Source of the DNA: Takakia lepidozioides
Taxonomy: Eukaryota > Plantae > Bryophyta
Reading direction: 5' to 3'
Assembly: GCA_030704615.1 (NCBI GenBank)
Contig: CM060734.1
Coordinates: 40,176,001 to 40,240,000, forward strand
DNA length: 64,000 nt
In this document: positions 25,367 through 36,469 of the stretch, piece after piece
How positions within the stretch are numbered: position 1 is the stretch's first letter
Layout of the letters: each line of letters starts with the position of its first letter
The notes under the pieces: generated by a model
The model's input: only the letters and a program-made list of their open reading frames with translations
Databases searched by the model: none
What the model was told of the DNA's origin: nothing
Translations under genes and position numbers: made by a program

Positions 25367-25801
25367 TGAAGGGGTCCGTTGACCTGATAGCTCAAGTCTA
25401 GATCATAATATTTAAACTGATCAAGGGGCCCAGATCAAGGGGCCGTACAGACAAGCGGCCCAGGCCCGTTGCCCAAGAGCAAAGGACATTTGAACGGTTG
25501 ACGTATCATAACATGCTGTGGATGTATCACATTTATACAGCAACCGATCAGCTATATATTCCATGTACTTAAGAGGAATGGCAGCCCGATATACCTGGGC
25601 AATCCTTGCCGAAGTTCAACAAGCCAAAGATGTATGCCACCTACTAGCAATGGATCACGAAAAGCAACTCAGACTTCAGTACAAACTCAGGAAGCGGGTA
25701 CCATTTGAGATCGAGGGTCAATACGACCTTGGTGATATATCCGAGTGGAGATCCCCAGTGTAGAATCTAAATAGCATTCTGGCCGCATTTTAACAACTTC
25801 A
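25367..25801. mobile_element. Possible solo LTR (about 435 bp)
   Basis: Begins TGAAG and ends CTTCA (5-bp inverted TG...CA ends), internal duplicated GATCAAGGGGCC and TATA-like CTATATA; no matching TSD. Confidence 0.3.
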
Positions 25802-26289
25802 CGTAATCCAGATGCTTACGTTTGAGTGAATAAGATAAGCTCCGAAGTCCAGCTTGTAACAAGTATATAGTGAATCATAGGTGGGTCGTGGGACCAGGAG
25901 CAGCAAGTGCAAGAGTGGGTCGCACATCGTGCAGAATTAAGTGGAGGAGCGGAGAGCACTAGCCTTGTGGAAGGTTCGAGCTGCGTTTGATTGGGCCGGG
26001 GCCTCAGAGAGATTGAACGGTTGAGCACTGGCTCGCTCGATACCGCTGAGTCTTCGACCAAACACTCCCGCTGACGATCCGGCCTGGTTGACAGGAGAAA
26101 CACAGAGCCAACAGCGGCGAGCTTGGCGGCCGACGCTACATTCACATCCACGATTCCGCTGTGACCAAGATGCCTCGTATCACACGGTCGGCGGGCTTGT
26201 AGGTCCCAGTGACACGAAGAGGACCCCACACTGCGGGGGACCCACGCGAGGACTGTTGACCCGGTACCGCCGGTTTTCCGCCTCCGGGC

Positions 26290-26565
26290 TGGGGTCGGTC
26301 AAATTATCCCCACCCCCTTCCCGTTTCCGGTTGCCAGTCGGCAGGGCACGGTCAAATCCTCCCTGCCCCGCTCTCATCCCATCGGCGTCGCATCGTCGCC
26401 GAACGACACCAGTCCACCAGTTCCCTGTAACCCCGACACACATAACCCCGTCTCGTGTCACCACCCAGTGTAACCCCAACTTATGTCACCCCTCTTCATG
26501 TAACCCTACCAATGTAACCCCACCTTATGTAACCCCTGTAACCTCCACATGTAACCCACACCATG
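26290..26565 (+). repeat. Dispersed repeat with clustered (T)GTAACCC/GTCACCC motifs; inverted homolog at 54055-54470
   Basis: GGCAGGG..CGGTCAAATCCTCCC...CGACACC.GTCCACCAGTTCCCTGTAACCCCGACACAC is shared in reverse complement with 54300-54460. Confidence 0.8.
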
Positions 26566-26601
26566 TGGAAGGATCCATACGTTAGGCATTGAGATGCGTG
26601 G

Positions 26602-27810
26602 TAGGGAATTCCAAAAAAGCCTTGATGTGAAATGCATCGCAATTCACTTGATCAGTCACCCCCCTAAAAGTGCGCAATTCAATTGAACTGCTAAAACTAG
26701 CTTGAAAACAACCCGAATTTGCAATTCAATTGAATTGTAATCTATAATTTTTAACTTATTTCTATATATAATACATATATGTATATATTCAAATTATACA
26801 TACACACATACAAAAATATAAGCTGAAAATATATGTTCCCGTCTATTCTTGGTACTCGTCTGTCTATCCTTTGCCCGTGGTAACACGAGATAAGCCTAAG
26901 GGGGAGAGAGAGAGGAAGTCACGTAGCGCTTGCTCTAAAAGGGGGATTGTCCCTCTTTGTGGATGTTGGTGCCCAATATATGGCTATGTACATATACCAA
27001 ACATGATACCAATGTAAGAGTATCAACATATAAGAGTTTGATATGTTAAACTCTGTATGGAACACACATCCCAACTTCAACATAATACCTTTGTAAGGGT
27101 ATCGAAACAATATTATTTTTTATCATTTTCAAGATGAACAGATCATTTGTTTTCTTTGGGGTTATGTCCTGGGCCTGTTTCTTTCAGAGCGTCTTTTGCC
27201 AATGAATCACACGACACAACCGGACCAAAGAAAACAAAGGATCTGTTCATCATGAGAATGATAAAAAATAATATTGTTTCGATACCCTTACAAAGGTATC
27301 ATCTTGAAGTTTGGATGTGTGTTCCATACAAGTTTAACATATCAAACTCTTATACGTTGATACTCTTACATTGGTATCATGTTTGGTATATGTACATAAC
27401 CATATATTGGCACCAACATCCACAAAGAGGGACAATCCCGCTTTTAGAGCAAGCGCTACCTGACTTCCTCTCTCTCTCCCTCTCTCGCTCTCCCTTAGGC
27501 TTATCTCGTGTTACCACGGGCAAAGGATAGACAGACGAGCAGCAAGAATATGTATTTTCAGCTTATATTTTTGCATGTGTATATGTATAATTTGAATATA
27601 TATACATATACACATATATATATTATATATAGAAATAAGTTAAAAATTATAGATTACAATTCAATTGAATTGCATATTCGGGTTGTTTTCAAGCTAGTTT
27701 TAGCAGTTCAATTGAATTGCAAGGGCAATTCAATTGAATTGCGCACTTTTAGGGGGGTGATCAAGTGAATTGCGATGCATTTCACATCAAGGCCTTTTTG
27801 GAATTCCCTA
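26602..27810. mobile_element. Foldback element: ~1.2-kb near-perfect palindrome with ~560-580-bp arms
   Basis: Left arm 26602-~27160 (TAGGGAATTCC...) is the reverse complement of right arm ~27225-27810 (...GGAATTCCCTA). Flanks (A)TGCGTGG / (A)TGCTTGG resemble a TSD with one mismatch. Confidence 0.9.
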
Positions 27811-28191
27811 TGCTTGGACGGCTTCCTCTATGTCTCTTTCCGTATCTGTGAACGACCATAGTACCAGTCAGTCTCCAGTCTCCACCAAGCAAGGATTGTG
27901 TCCCTCTTGGAGCTGCTATCAAGGATTTATCCAATTTCCAGGAACGCCCTCACCATTTGCAGGCCTGAGGTTGGATTCGACTTGGCATGTTGGAGCATCG
28001 ATGGTTGATCCAAGGGGAGAGGGACCTCAACTCATGGCCCGGGTTAGTTTCCTTGGCAAGTGACATGCATGTGCTTTAGAGTCTTCCCGCAACATGTAAA
28101 AGGCGTATTATGCTCTCACATGAAACAAATGTGCACTATGACATGATCCATTATTTGTGAATCTAGAGTGGGTGGTAAGGAAGAGAGTTTA

Positions 28192-28925
28192 TGTTGAAGT
28201 AGTGCAGTGAATTGACTCCAAGAATTATGCACAACGATATAGCAAAGAGATTGTATTAACACTGATTGTGAAAATAGACACATAGCTTCACAATCCAAGT
28301 GTACACTGCTATCGCTCACTTTCTCTCACACCCGCTACACTACCTAAGCACAGTGATCAAAACTCTCTACATGAGCTCAGCTAAGCTCATCGTTATCTTT
28401 GTTATGCCAAGAAGCTACCCAACTACAGATTGGTACACTACCAACCTCATACCACATATGCGCTATAGGTATATTTCTACAACACTCCCACTCGGGATGA
28501 GGTTGAACCATCAACACTATCAACAGCAACGGTGGAAGTGAGACCGAGTAGAGTCTTGAAGCGGCAGAACTTGTTACGAGGGAGGGCTTTGGTGAGGATA
28601 TCAGTCACATTGTCAGCAGTAGAAACATACATGATAAGAATCTCGCCACTCTCTTCAACTTCTCTGATCTTGTCAAACTTCACGTCAATGTGTTTGATGC
28701 GTTTATGGAACTCTGGATTTCGTACCAAACGAATTGCGGCTTGATTGTCGCTGTACAAAACTGTAGGGCTAGTTTGTGTGTAGCGTAAATCATGCAAGAG
28801 GCGGTGCATCCAAATGAGTTCATGGGTGGCAAGATGAGCAGCTACGTACTTGACTTCAGTGGTGTTGGTAGTTGTGCAAGATTGTTTGCGGCTGCCCCAT
28901 GCCACCGGGCCTCCATTGAGTATTA
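28192..28925 (-). mobile_element. 3' portion of the Ty1/Copia element: RNase H C-terminus, PPT and 3' LTR (28192-28484)
   Basis: LNGGPVAWGSRKQ...LYSDNQAAI...NPEFHKRIKHIDVK...DILTKAL; PPT GAGTGGGAG before TGTTGTAGAAAT; LTR ends ...TCAACA followed by TAAAC. Confidence 0.92.
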
Positions 28926-29200
28926 AACACTATTTTAATTAATTCTGGACTTTTGGCTTAAATCCGGACTAAACTTAATATATATTTGTATTAAAATTAA
29001 TTGAAATATTAATAATATCATGGTGTAATGTGTGATTGAACTTTGTGAAATTTCAGGTGATGTCATACTTGTTTCAAAATGTGTCATATAAGAGATCCAT
29101 TTGACATTGAAGTGCTCAATGTGAAGTAACAGTATTGAACAATTCATTGAACGTCCACTTGGAAATCGAATAAAGTAAAATTCCATTGCAGGATCATGAT
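28926..29200. mobile_element. One end of a TIR DNA transposon (30-bp TIR at 28926-28955 plus AT-rich subterminal sequence; inner limit approximate)
   Basis: AACACTATTTTAATTAATTCTGGACTTTTG matches 34472-34501 with 2 mismatches and abuts the broken Copia RNase H. Confidence 0.8.
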
Positions 29201-29295
29201 ATTCCTAGGGGGAGCAAGTTAAGATTGGAAGAGAGGTAGGGAGATCAGACAGACGCCAGATCCCCCTAGCGTGCTAGGTGTGCTGAAGCAGGTAC

Positions 29296-30012
29296 ATGGC
29301 GGGGAGGGCAGGGCTTGTGATGGGACTGGCATTCTTGTTTCACATCATTCCCTTCGGCCTGGCACTCAGATCAGAGACCCGACGAAGCATTTGTCGTTTC
29401 CTTCCCTATTGTGGAGACAAATTGACTGAGAAGGAAAGATCAACACTGTCCAAGAAGGGGAGAGAAAGAAGTTCACACTGAGAATACCAAATTCGATTTA
29501 GATTACATAGTGTACGTCATTGGGTCTTGTGAAACTCTCATCTGTCACTTTCTCCTTCCGCTCCTAGCGAAGTGCAGGGCCGATCTGGTTAAGTTGCAAT
29601 CATACTGTGATAGGAGACACTTGATAAGCAGAGAACAGGATTTTGTATAGTCTTTCACCCTGATGTTAACCCTTGTGAGGGAGAGTGCAATGCAGAGTGG
29701 GTTATAATCATAACCTGCACGGATGGATAAGCAGTGTGTCTCCAAACTCCTGGACCTGATCTTCTCCTCTTTATTTGAGTTTCCGACGGATGACCACTAG
29801 GTGCCCGCTTTGTGTTCACAGGGTGCACCCTTACTAAAACATTCAGCAGTAGGACTCGTTGAATGTTCATATACTAGGGACAAGGCATCTGGTTTGGCTG
29901 CTGGAGCCATTCTACTCCTTCTGGTGGTTCAATTGTTCATCATGTTGCGGGGGTCGTCGTCCCTGGAAATTATTACTGAGCACTGAGATAACTACCAAGA
30001 AATATCCAATTC
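29296..30012 (+). pseudogene. DUF1218 (MWL-like) membrane protein gene remnant, interrupted by the Copia insertion
   Basis: Exon 1 MAGRAGLVMGLAFLFHIIPFGLALRSETRRS resembles the family motif FDLIAFGLAVAAEQRRS. Exon 2 from 29822, ECSYTRDKASGLAAGAILLLLVVQLFIM, resembles YCVYDSDIATGYGVGAFLFLLASQ. Confidence 0.7.
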
Positions 30013-30017
30013 TAAAC

Positions 30018-33000
30018 TGTTGTAGAAATATACCTATAGCGCATATACAGTATGAGGTTGATAGTGTACCGACCTGTAGTTGGGTAGTTTCTTGGCATAG
30101 CAAAGATAACGATGAGCTTAGCTGAGCTCTTGTAGAGAGTTCTGATCACTGTGCTTAGGTGGTGCAGCGGGTGTGAGAGTGAGCGATAGCAGTGTACACT
30201 TGGATTGTGAAGCTATGTGTATACTTTCACAATCAGTGTTAATACAATCTCTTTGCTATAACGTTGTGCATAATTCTTGGAGTCAATTCACTGCAACAGG
30301 TTATGGGCCCACGAATCTCTTCTGGGATAAGTGCGCTGGTCTAAAAGCGGTATGCATTGTTTTAGTTTCTCTCTCGTTTATGTTATGTTAGATATTGTGT
30401 CTACAGTAAATCCTTTCAACATAATACTCCACGTGATCAATATAGAGCTCTTGTGAGTAACTTTGCAACGCTGGTAGCACTTGGGTTATGTCTTTTGGGT
30501 TTAAGTTCAAAGTGTACGTCGTCGTCAGTTGTTCTTTTTCTTTGCTTCACCTATCGTCAAACGTAGCAAGCATGGCTGATCTTCGAGATCTGGGCAATAT
30601 TAGTAGGTTCTCAGGAGAAATATGGAAGTCTCAGATGAGAGCTCTCTTTCTTGGAAAGGAGCTGATGGACGTAGTTGATGGCACCACAACGAGACCTTCC
30701 AATGATGCCGAGGGTTTAGCTGCATGGATCAAGAAAGATAATCAGGCAGTTTTTCTTTTATGTCAAGCCGTGGAGGAGAAGGTATCCAAATATATCATGG
30801 GATGCAAGACCTCCAAGGCGATCTGGGATAAATTGAGGGAGGTACACGATCAGCATTCGCATGAAAGCATTCACCGTGTTCAACAGCGTTTCTTTGATAT
30901 TACCATGGATGAAGGTGATAGTATTGCAGATTTCTTGGGTAAAATCGAGGAGGCGCGATGTGAGCTCACAAATCTTGGAGATAATACATTCACTGACAAC
31001 ACCAAGATTTTAAGTCACCTGCCAGCAGCATATGGATCGTTTCAATCATCATGGGAAAATGTCCCTGCAGTTGAGCGAACGATAAGTATCATGACTGGGA
31101 GGTTGATCAGAGAAGAATCAAGAATGCGAGACCAAGAAAGCAGAGCCAATGGCAAAAGTGCAAGTGTAACCGCATATGCAGCATCGTTCAAAGGAAAAGG
31201 TGACTCACAGTCAGGAAAACCACCGCTCACTCTTGAGCAACGTGAATAACGTAGGAAAGAAATAGCAGAGCGAAAGAAAACAACAGAATGCTGGAACTGT
31301 GGAGCCACTGGGGCAGAAAATGTACAAAGCCAAGAAAGTCACTGGAAAATAAAGAAGTGCCAAAGACTGACACTGGCTCATCGAAGGTGCATCGGGCCTT
31401 CATGGCTTTAGAGTCAGGACCCTGCTCACAGCATTGGTACATGGACAGTTGCTGCTCACAGCACATGTGCCAGAATCGAAGTTGGTTCTCAACTTACAGC
31501 GATATCTCAGAAAAGAAGCAAGCGGTGGAAGGGATCGGAGGTGTGGTGCTATATGCACAAGGGATAGGTGACATTAATTTCCACACCTGGGTTGATGGAA
31601 AACAGACCACAGGAATGTTGATCAAAGATGTTGTCCATGTGCCCAAGCTTGGCAGAAACTTATTCGAGACTTATTCTCTACCTCTCGAGGAGCCCAGAAA
31701 GGAATTGATACCCTACACACCAAAGGAGGATGTTGTCTTATGGCTGATGGAGAAGTCGTGATGAAGGGAGTGGAAGAGTATGGAATCTATAGATTTTCAA
31801 TGACGGTGGTATCATCGTTGGAGTCCTCAGGAAACACTGCATTCTCCGCCAGTACAATTGATATACAGAGCAAAAAGGGCTGCACTTAGAGCTTGGACGT
31901 TTGGCACAAAAGACTTGGTCATGTCCATCATGGAATGATCGACATATGGAGAATAGAGACATGGTTGATGGATTGTTTATTTCCGGGCGAAGGGAAGATC
32001 CACCTTTTTGCGTGGGCTGTGCTTATGGAAAAAGCCACAGAGAGACTTTTCATTGGAATGAACACATGGAGAAGACCACAGAGATCGGAGATTTGGTGCA
32101 TTGTGACCTATGTGGCCCAATCAACGTGATCAGCATTGGTGGCGCAAGATATTTCGCATTATTTAAGGATGATCACAGCGGGTTTAGGGTCATTTTTTGC
32201 ATCACACATAAAACAGCCACACTGGATTGTCTGCATCGTTTCTATGGACAGATGCAACGTGAGACAGGCAGGACCATCAAGATCCTCCGATCAGATAAAG
32301 GAACAAAATTTTGCAATGGAAAATGTGAAGAGTTCATGAGCCAGAAAGATATCAAGCATGAGCTCACTTGCGTTTACTCCCCTGAGCAAAATGGGGTGGC
32401 GGAAAGAGACAATCGTACTATTATTGAGTCTGTGCACAACATGATACACACTAGCAATGTTCACCCACGGTTTTGGGGGGAGGCTGCGCACACTGCAGTG
32501 TATTTGCTCAATCGAATCGGAAGCCGTTTGCTGGACAACGTCACACCATACCAGCTCTGGTACAGCGTCAAGCCCTCTATTGCTCATGTGCGAGTTTTTG
32601 TCTCAAGTACATATGTTCACATACTTTCTGAGCTCAGGAAGAAGTTGGACCGGAAAAGCAAATATTGCATCTTGATGGGTTACAATGAGACAAGCAAAGC
32701 TTATCGTTTGTGGGATAATGAGTCTCGTCGCATTATTGAAAGTCGTGATGTGCTATTCGATGAGCTCAGTCATGAGAGTGGCTCATCTGGAGAGGCCCCA
32801 TCTAACAGCTCTTATGCCCATTTGAGCAGCATTTTATTTGATCCACAGGCGCCAGTACCATTGGGACCAGTGGGAGGTGCTGATGTTGATCCATTGCCCC
32901 ATGTGCTTCAACCAGTGGGAGACATCATGGTCAGCAGCCCCGAACTGCTCACTCCTCTTGAGCTCACCCACTCTGGAGACGACGAGTGTGACCAGCAGAA

Positions 33001-34471
33001 GGCAACAGACCCCACACGTATTGGAGTTTTGAATGAGCAACAAACTTTTGCTTCTTGGGATGACACAAATGGCGATCCCTCCAGTATCCTTCCAGAATTT
33101 TTGGTGTCAAAACCCGCACACCCTGGTGGCTCGTCCAGCCACGTTGAGCCTTGCATGCAACCCATGCAACTCGAAAGTCACGTATTTTCTGGAACGCGCC
33201 ACTCGATCTAGGCATCCTCCGGAACGCTATGGCAATTGGGTTGTCCCGATTGGACATGGTAGCTACACTTGCAATGTTGCCACCACCCAACTACCTACTG
33301 GATACATGCCAGTCGAACCCCTGATGATTGATGCAGCCCTCAAGTCTCCGGAACGCCAGCAATGGATCGAAGCAATGTAGGAAGAATATGATTCCTTAAT
33401 AGAAAATGGAACCTGGCTCTTGCAAGATTTGCCAACCGGAAGAAAGGTTGTGCATTCCAAATGGGTCTATAAGGTCAAGCTTGCAGCTGATGGAAGCGTG
33501 GCCCGTTTTAAGGCTCGTCTCGTCGCAAAGGGGTTCACCCAAAAAGAAGGTTTGGACTACACTGAAACTTTCAGCCCAGTGGCCAAGTTCGATTCGATTC
33601 GCACCATTCTCTCTATAGCTGCAGCGGAAGACATGGAGATCACTCAATTTGACGTACGAACAGCCTTTTGTATGGCGAAATTGATGAGGAGATATACTTG
33701 AGCGGCCTGCAGGTTTTATTGATGTCAACCATCCCACAAAGGTTTGCCGCCTCATGAAGGCCCTCTACGGGCTGAAACAATCTTCACGAGTTTGGAACCG
33801 CAAATTCCATAGCTTCATCACTGATCACAATCTCTCTCAATCAACTGCAGATCCTTGCGTCTATGTGAGCACGACTGATCCTCGCCTCATTGTTGCTATT
33901 TGGGAGGATGACGGGCTGGCCTGCAGCAACCAAGCCCCTTACATCACTTATGTCTTTGGTGCCATGAAAGGAGCTTTCAGCATCACCGCAGGAAACCCTA
34001 AAATTTATGTCGGTCTTCATATTAAACCAGGGACAGATTCCATCGCACCATTCAGCTGGACCAAGAGCGCTACATTCAACGTATCCTGGCACGTTTTGGC
34101 TTCACCGATTGCACCCCTATCACCGTCCCTGCCGACCCCCATAGCTCTCTGGAATATGTCGCAGCCATGACAGAGCCAACTGAAACCAAATTTCCATACC
34201 GGGAGTGTGTTGGCAGTTTGCATTTTGCTGCTCAAGGAACCCGAGTGGACATCTCCTACTCTATAAGTCATGCAACCAAGTACTCTGAGTCTCCAAAGCT
34301 TTCCCATGTTGGTGGTGTCAAACGCATTCTAAAATATTTACGTGGATTTCCGGCTTTGCGGATCACATACACTTCACAGTCTATGTTTCAAAATCATCTT
34401 GTGGCATATTGTGATGCCGATTATGCTGGTGACGTGGATGACCGCAAAAGCAGATCTAGGTATGTTTTAAT
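30018..34471 (+). mobile_element. 5' portion of the Ty1/Copia LTR retrotransposon: 5' LTR 30018-30298, PBS 30299-30310, degenerate gag-PR-IN-RT-RH from 30572
   Basis: TGTTG...CAACA LTR; PBS GGTTATGGGCCC; protease WYMDSCCSQHM; integrase VHCDLCGP, LRSDKG, PEQNGVAERDNRTI; [24 protein letters not shown]; RH AYCDADYAGD. Many stops and frameshifts. Confidence 0.95.
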
Positions 34472-36465
34472 AACACTATTTTAACTAATTTTGGACTTTT
34501 GTTATAATATGAGAAATATGAATAAACACAATTTATTATTGAAATAAAGCGATATATATGATTGTTTGGCTATTTTATGCACAATATAACCATGAACAAT
34601 AATCCTCCAAACATTTTTTGGAGACAATATAAGTATGTATTGTGGTTTTAGAAGAACATCCACTGCCAAGTTGACGTTCATGAAAAAAATCATGGGAGGA
34701 TGCAATTAATTACACCATGATGTGAGGTCAGATATTTAAAACTTTTTGCACAAAATCGTTGCCATATCAGATGACATACAAAACCAAACATAGAACAATC
34801 ATGGCATGTGATGAAGAAGATGACATGAAAGAATGAGTCCGCATACATTGATGATAAACATTCATATTTTATTAGAGATTGCAACTTTGACGTTGCAGTC
34901 AGACATAATGTAACGTCAACTGTATATCCGTTGGACTTAATGTTATCCAGCGGCTCGAAGCCATACAACGGTTTACACTAACCCATTAATATTACAGAGC
35001 CTCATCCCAAACGGCTCGCGGTCAAGGCATGTGTTCGAAGACGCCTCCGGTTACCACAACCACTTGCAACGGTCTCCGCAGCAGAGGAAACGGAAATACT
35101 TTCGGAGAACTCGAACCTAGTAGTAACATTATCATCCGAAATGTTACTTGGAACTCTACTTGTTGAATCTCTTGATGCCCTTGAAGCCTGCCGGGAAGCC
35201 CGCCATTCTTGCCAATCATGAAGCTCTTCTTCTTCTTTTCGAATTCGGTCCTTGAATGTGACTGGGGCAAAACAATTTTTCATATGACAAATGTCAGCTG
35301 AAATGTGGAACATTTGTAGAAAAAATGATAAAGTCAAAGTGCAAGTGGAAGACACTTTCAAGATCAAATTCTCCATAAACAACAAACAGTGGGATAAGTA
35401 CATATCAAGGTAATCAGGTTCTTTTTGTTGTGGGATCCAAACACGATGATCAACATATCTTTCATACCAAGCCCAATAGGCATGATCACGACCAATAGGG
35501 CTTACGAGAACACTTGGCAGGGTTCTCGCTGATGTAATCTACGACTGTTGAAGCTGCAGCCATTTTCAATATATATGGCCACACAGCTTTTGTCATATCA
35601 TCCAGTCAACCAAGCCCTTTGGTGATGGCTTGTATGAAATAGGAAAGAATCCAGTATTTGGTGGGTTTCGGAGGCCTTTTGATGGCTCATCATCGACAAG
35701 GAGTATTTGTCCCTGCGTTGCAAAGGGTGTACCGGGGTACTTGGCAAGAACAGTGCGAATATCCTTAATGAGATATTTCATCTCAGGCATGATGTAATAT
35801 GTAGTGTCTTTGCAATCCTCAGCTGACCAGATGAAGCAAAATTTCTTCGCAATTTTCGTAGGAACTAAGCTCTCAAGTATCATACAAAGAACATCTCTTT
35901 CAACACATGACCAGATCGTCACGTGAAAATGCATGAACGCAATGTTGAGAAACTCCAAGACTCCGGGCCGGGGAACCACAAAAGGTCTGTCGGGAACATG
36001 AACTGTAACTTTCCTAAAACGAAATCTCTCCTTAAACAATTCATCGTCGGTTGGAGGTGGTCGGTAGCAGAGGAGTCCGTTGACACTCAATATTAACAAC
36101 ATCCGTTTTTTCTTCCCCGATGTGGCAAATGAAGGTTGATGGACGATGTCATCCTGCGCAATTTAAGTGTTTCCGCCGCCAGAAACAACACGATGTAGTG
36201 TTTCTTAGTTTCAGAGTGACCTCTACGTTTTCGGAGATATAAGTGTCCCGACAACTGTAAAGGACCAAGAGTAGACCATATATCGAAGAGTTCGAGATCA
36301 CGAAAAGATGAACGTCGACTGTCAAGTGGAGGTTAGTGGATGCACCTTGTCGGGAGGCGAATTCAAGAAGTTATGCGGCTCTATACTCGCTTGTATAAAA
36401 ATTATGGAGTTAGTTTAGAACAGAAAAACAAACTGCAAACGAAAGTGGAGAAATTGTTTTGAAAT
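34472..36465. mobile_element. Other end and probable interior of the TIR DNA transposon inserted in the Copia RNase H (inner limit approximate)
   Basis: TIR AACACTATTTTAACTAATTTTGGACTTTTG at 34472-34501 directly after the duplicated TAAT. No transposase recognised in the visible part. Confidence 0.65.
35440..36160 (-). pseudogene. FCP1/NIF-like HAD-superfamily domain gene (plant DxNGLL subfamily), frameshifted
   Basis: KKRMLLILSVNGLL, VPRPGVLEFL...FHVTIWS, KYLIKDIRTV, ILLVDDEPSKGLRNPPNTGFFP; the C-terminal WPYILKMAAASTVVDYISENP...HAYWAWY lies in shifted frames. Confidence 0.75.
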
Positions 36466-36469
36466 GTAC

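Noticed and set aside
34472-34501. CACTA/EnSpm element
   Set aside because: The CACTA string is present, but the target duplication reconstructs as 4 or 6 bp (8 bp with a mismatch), not 3 bp.
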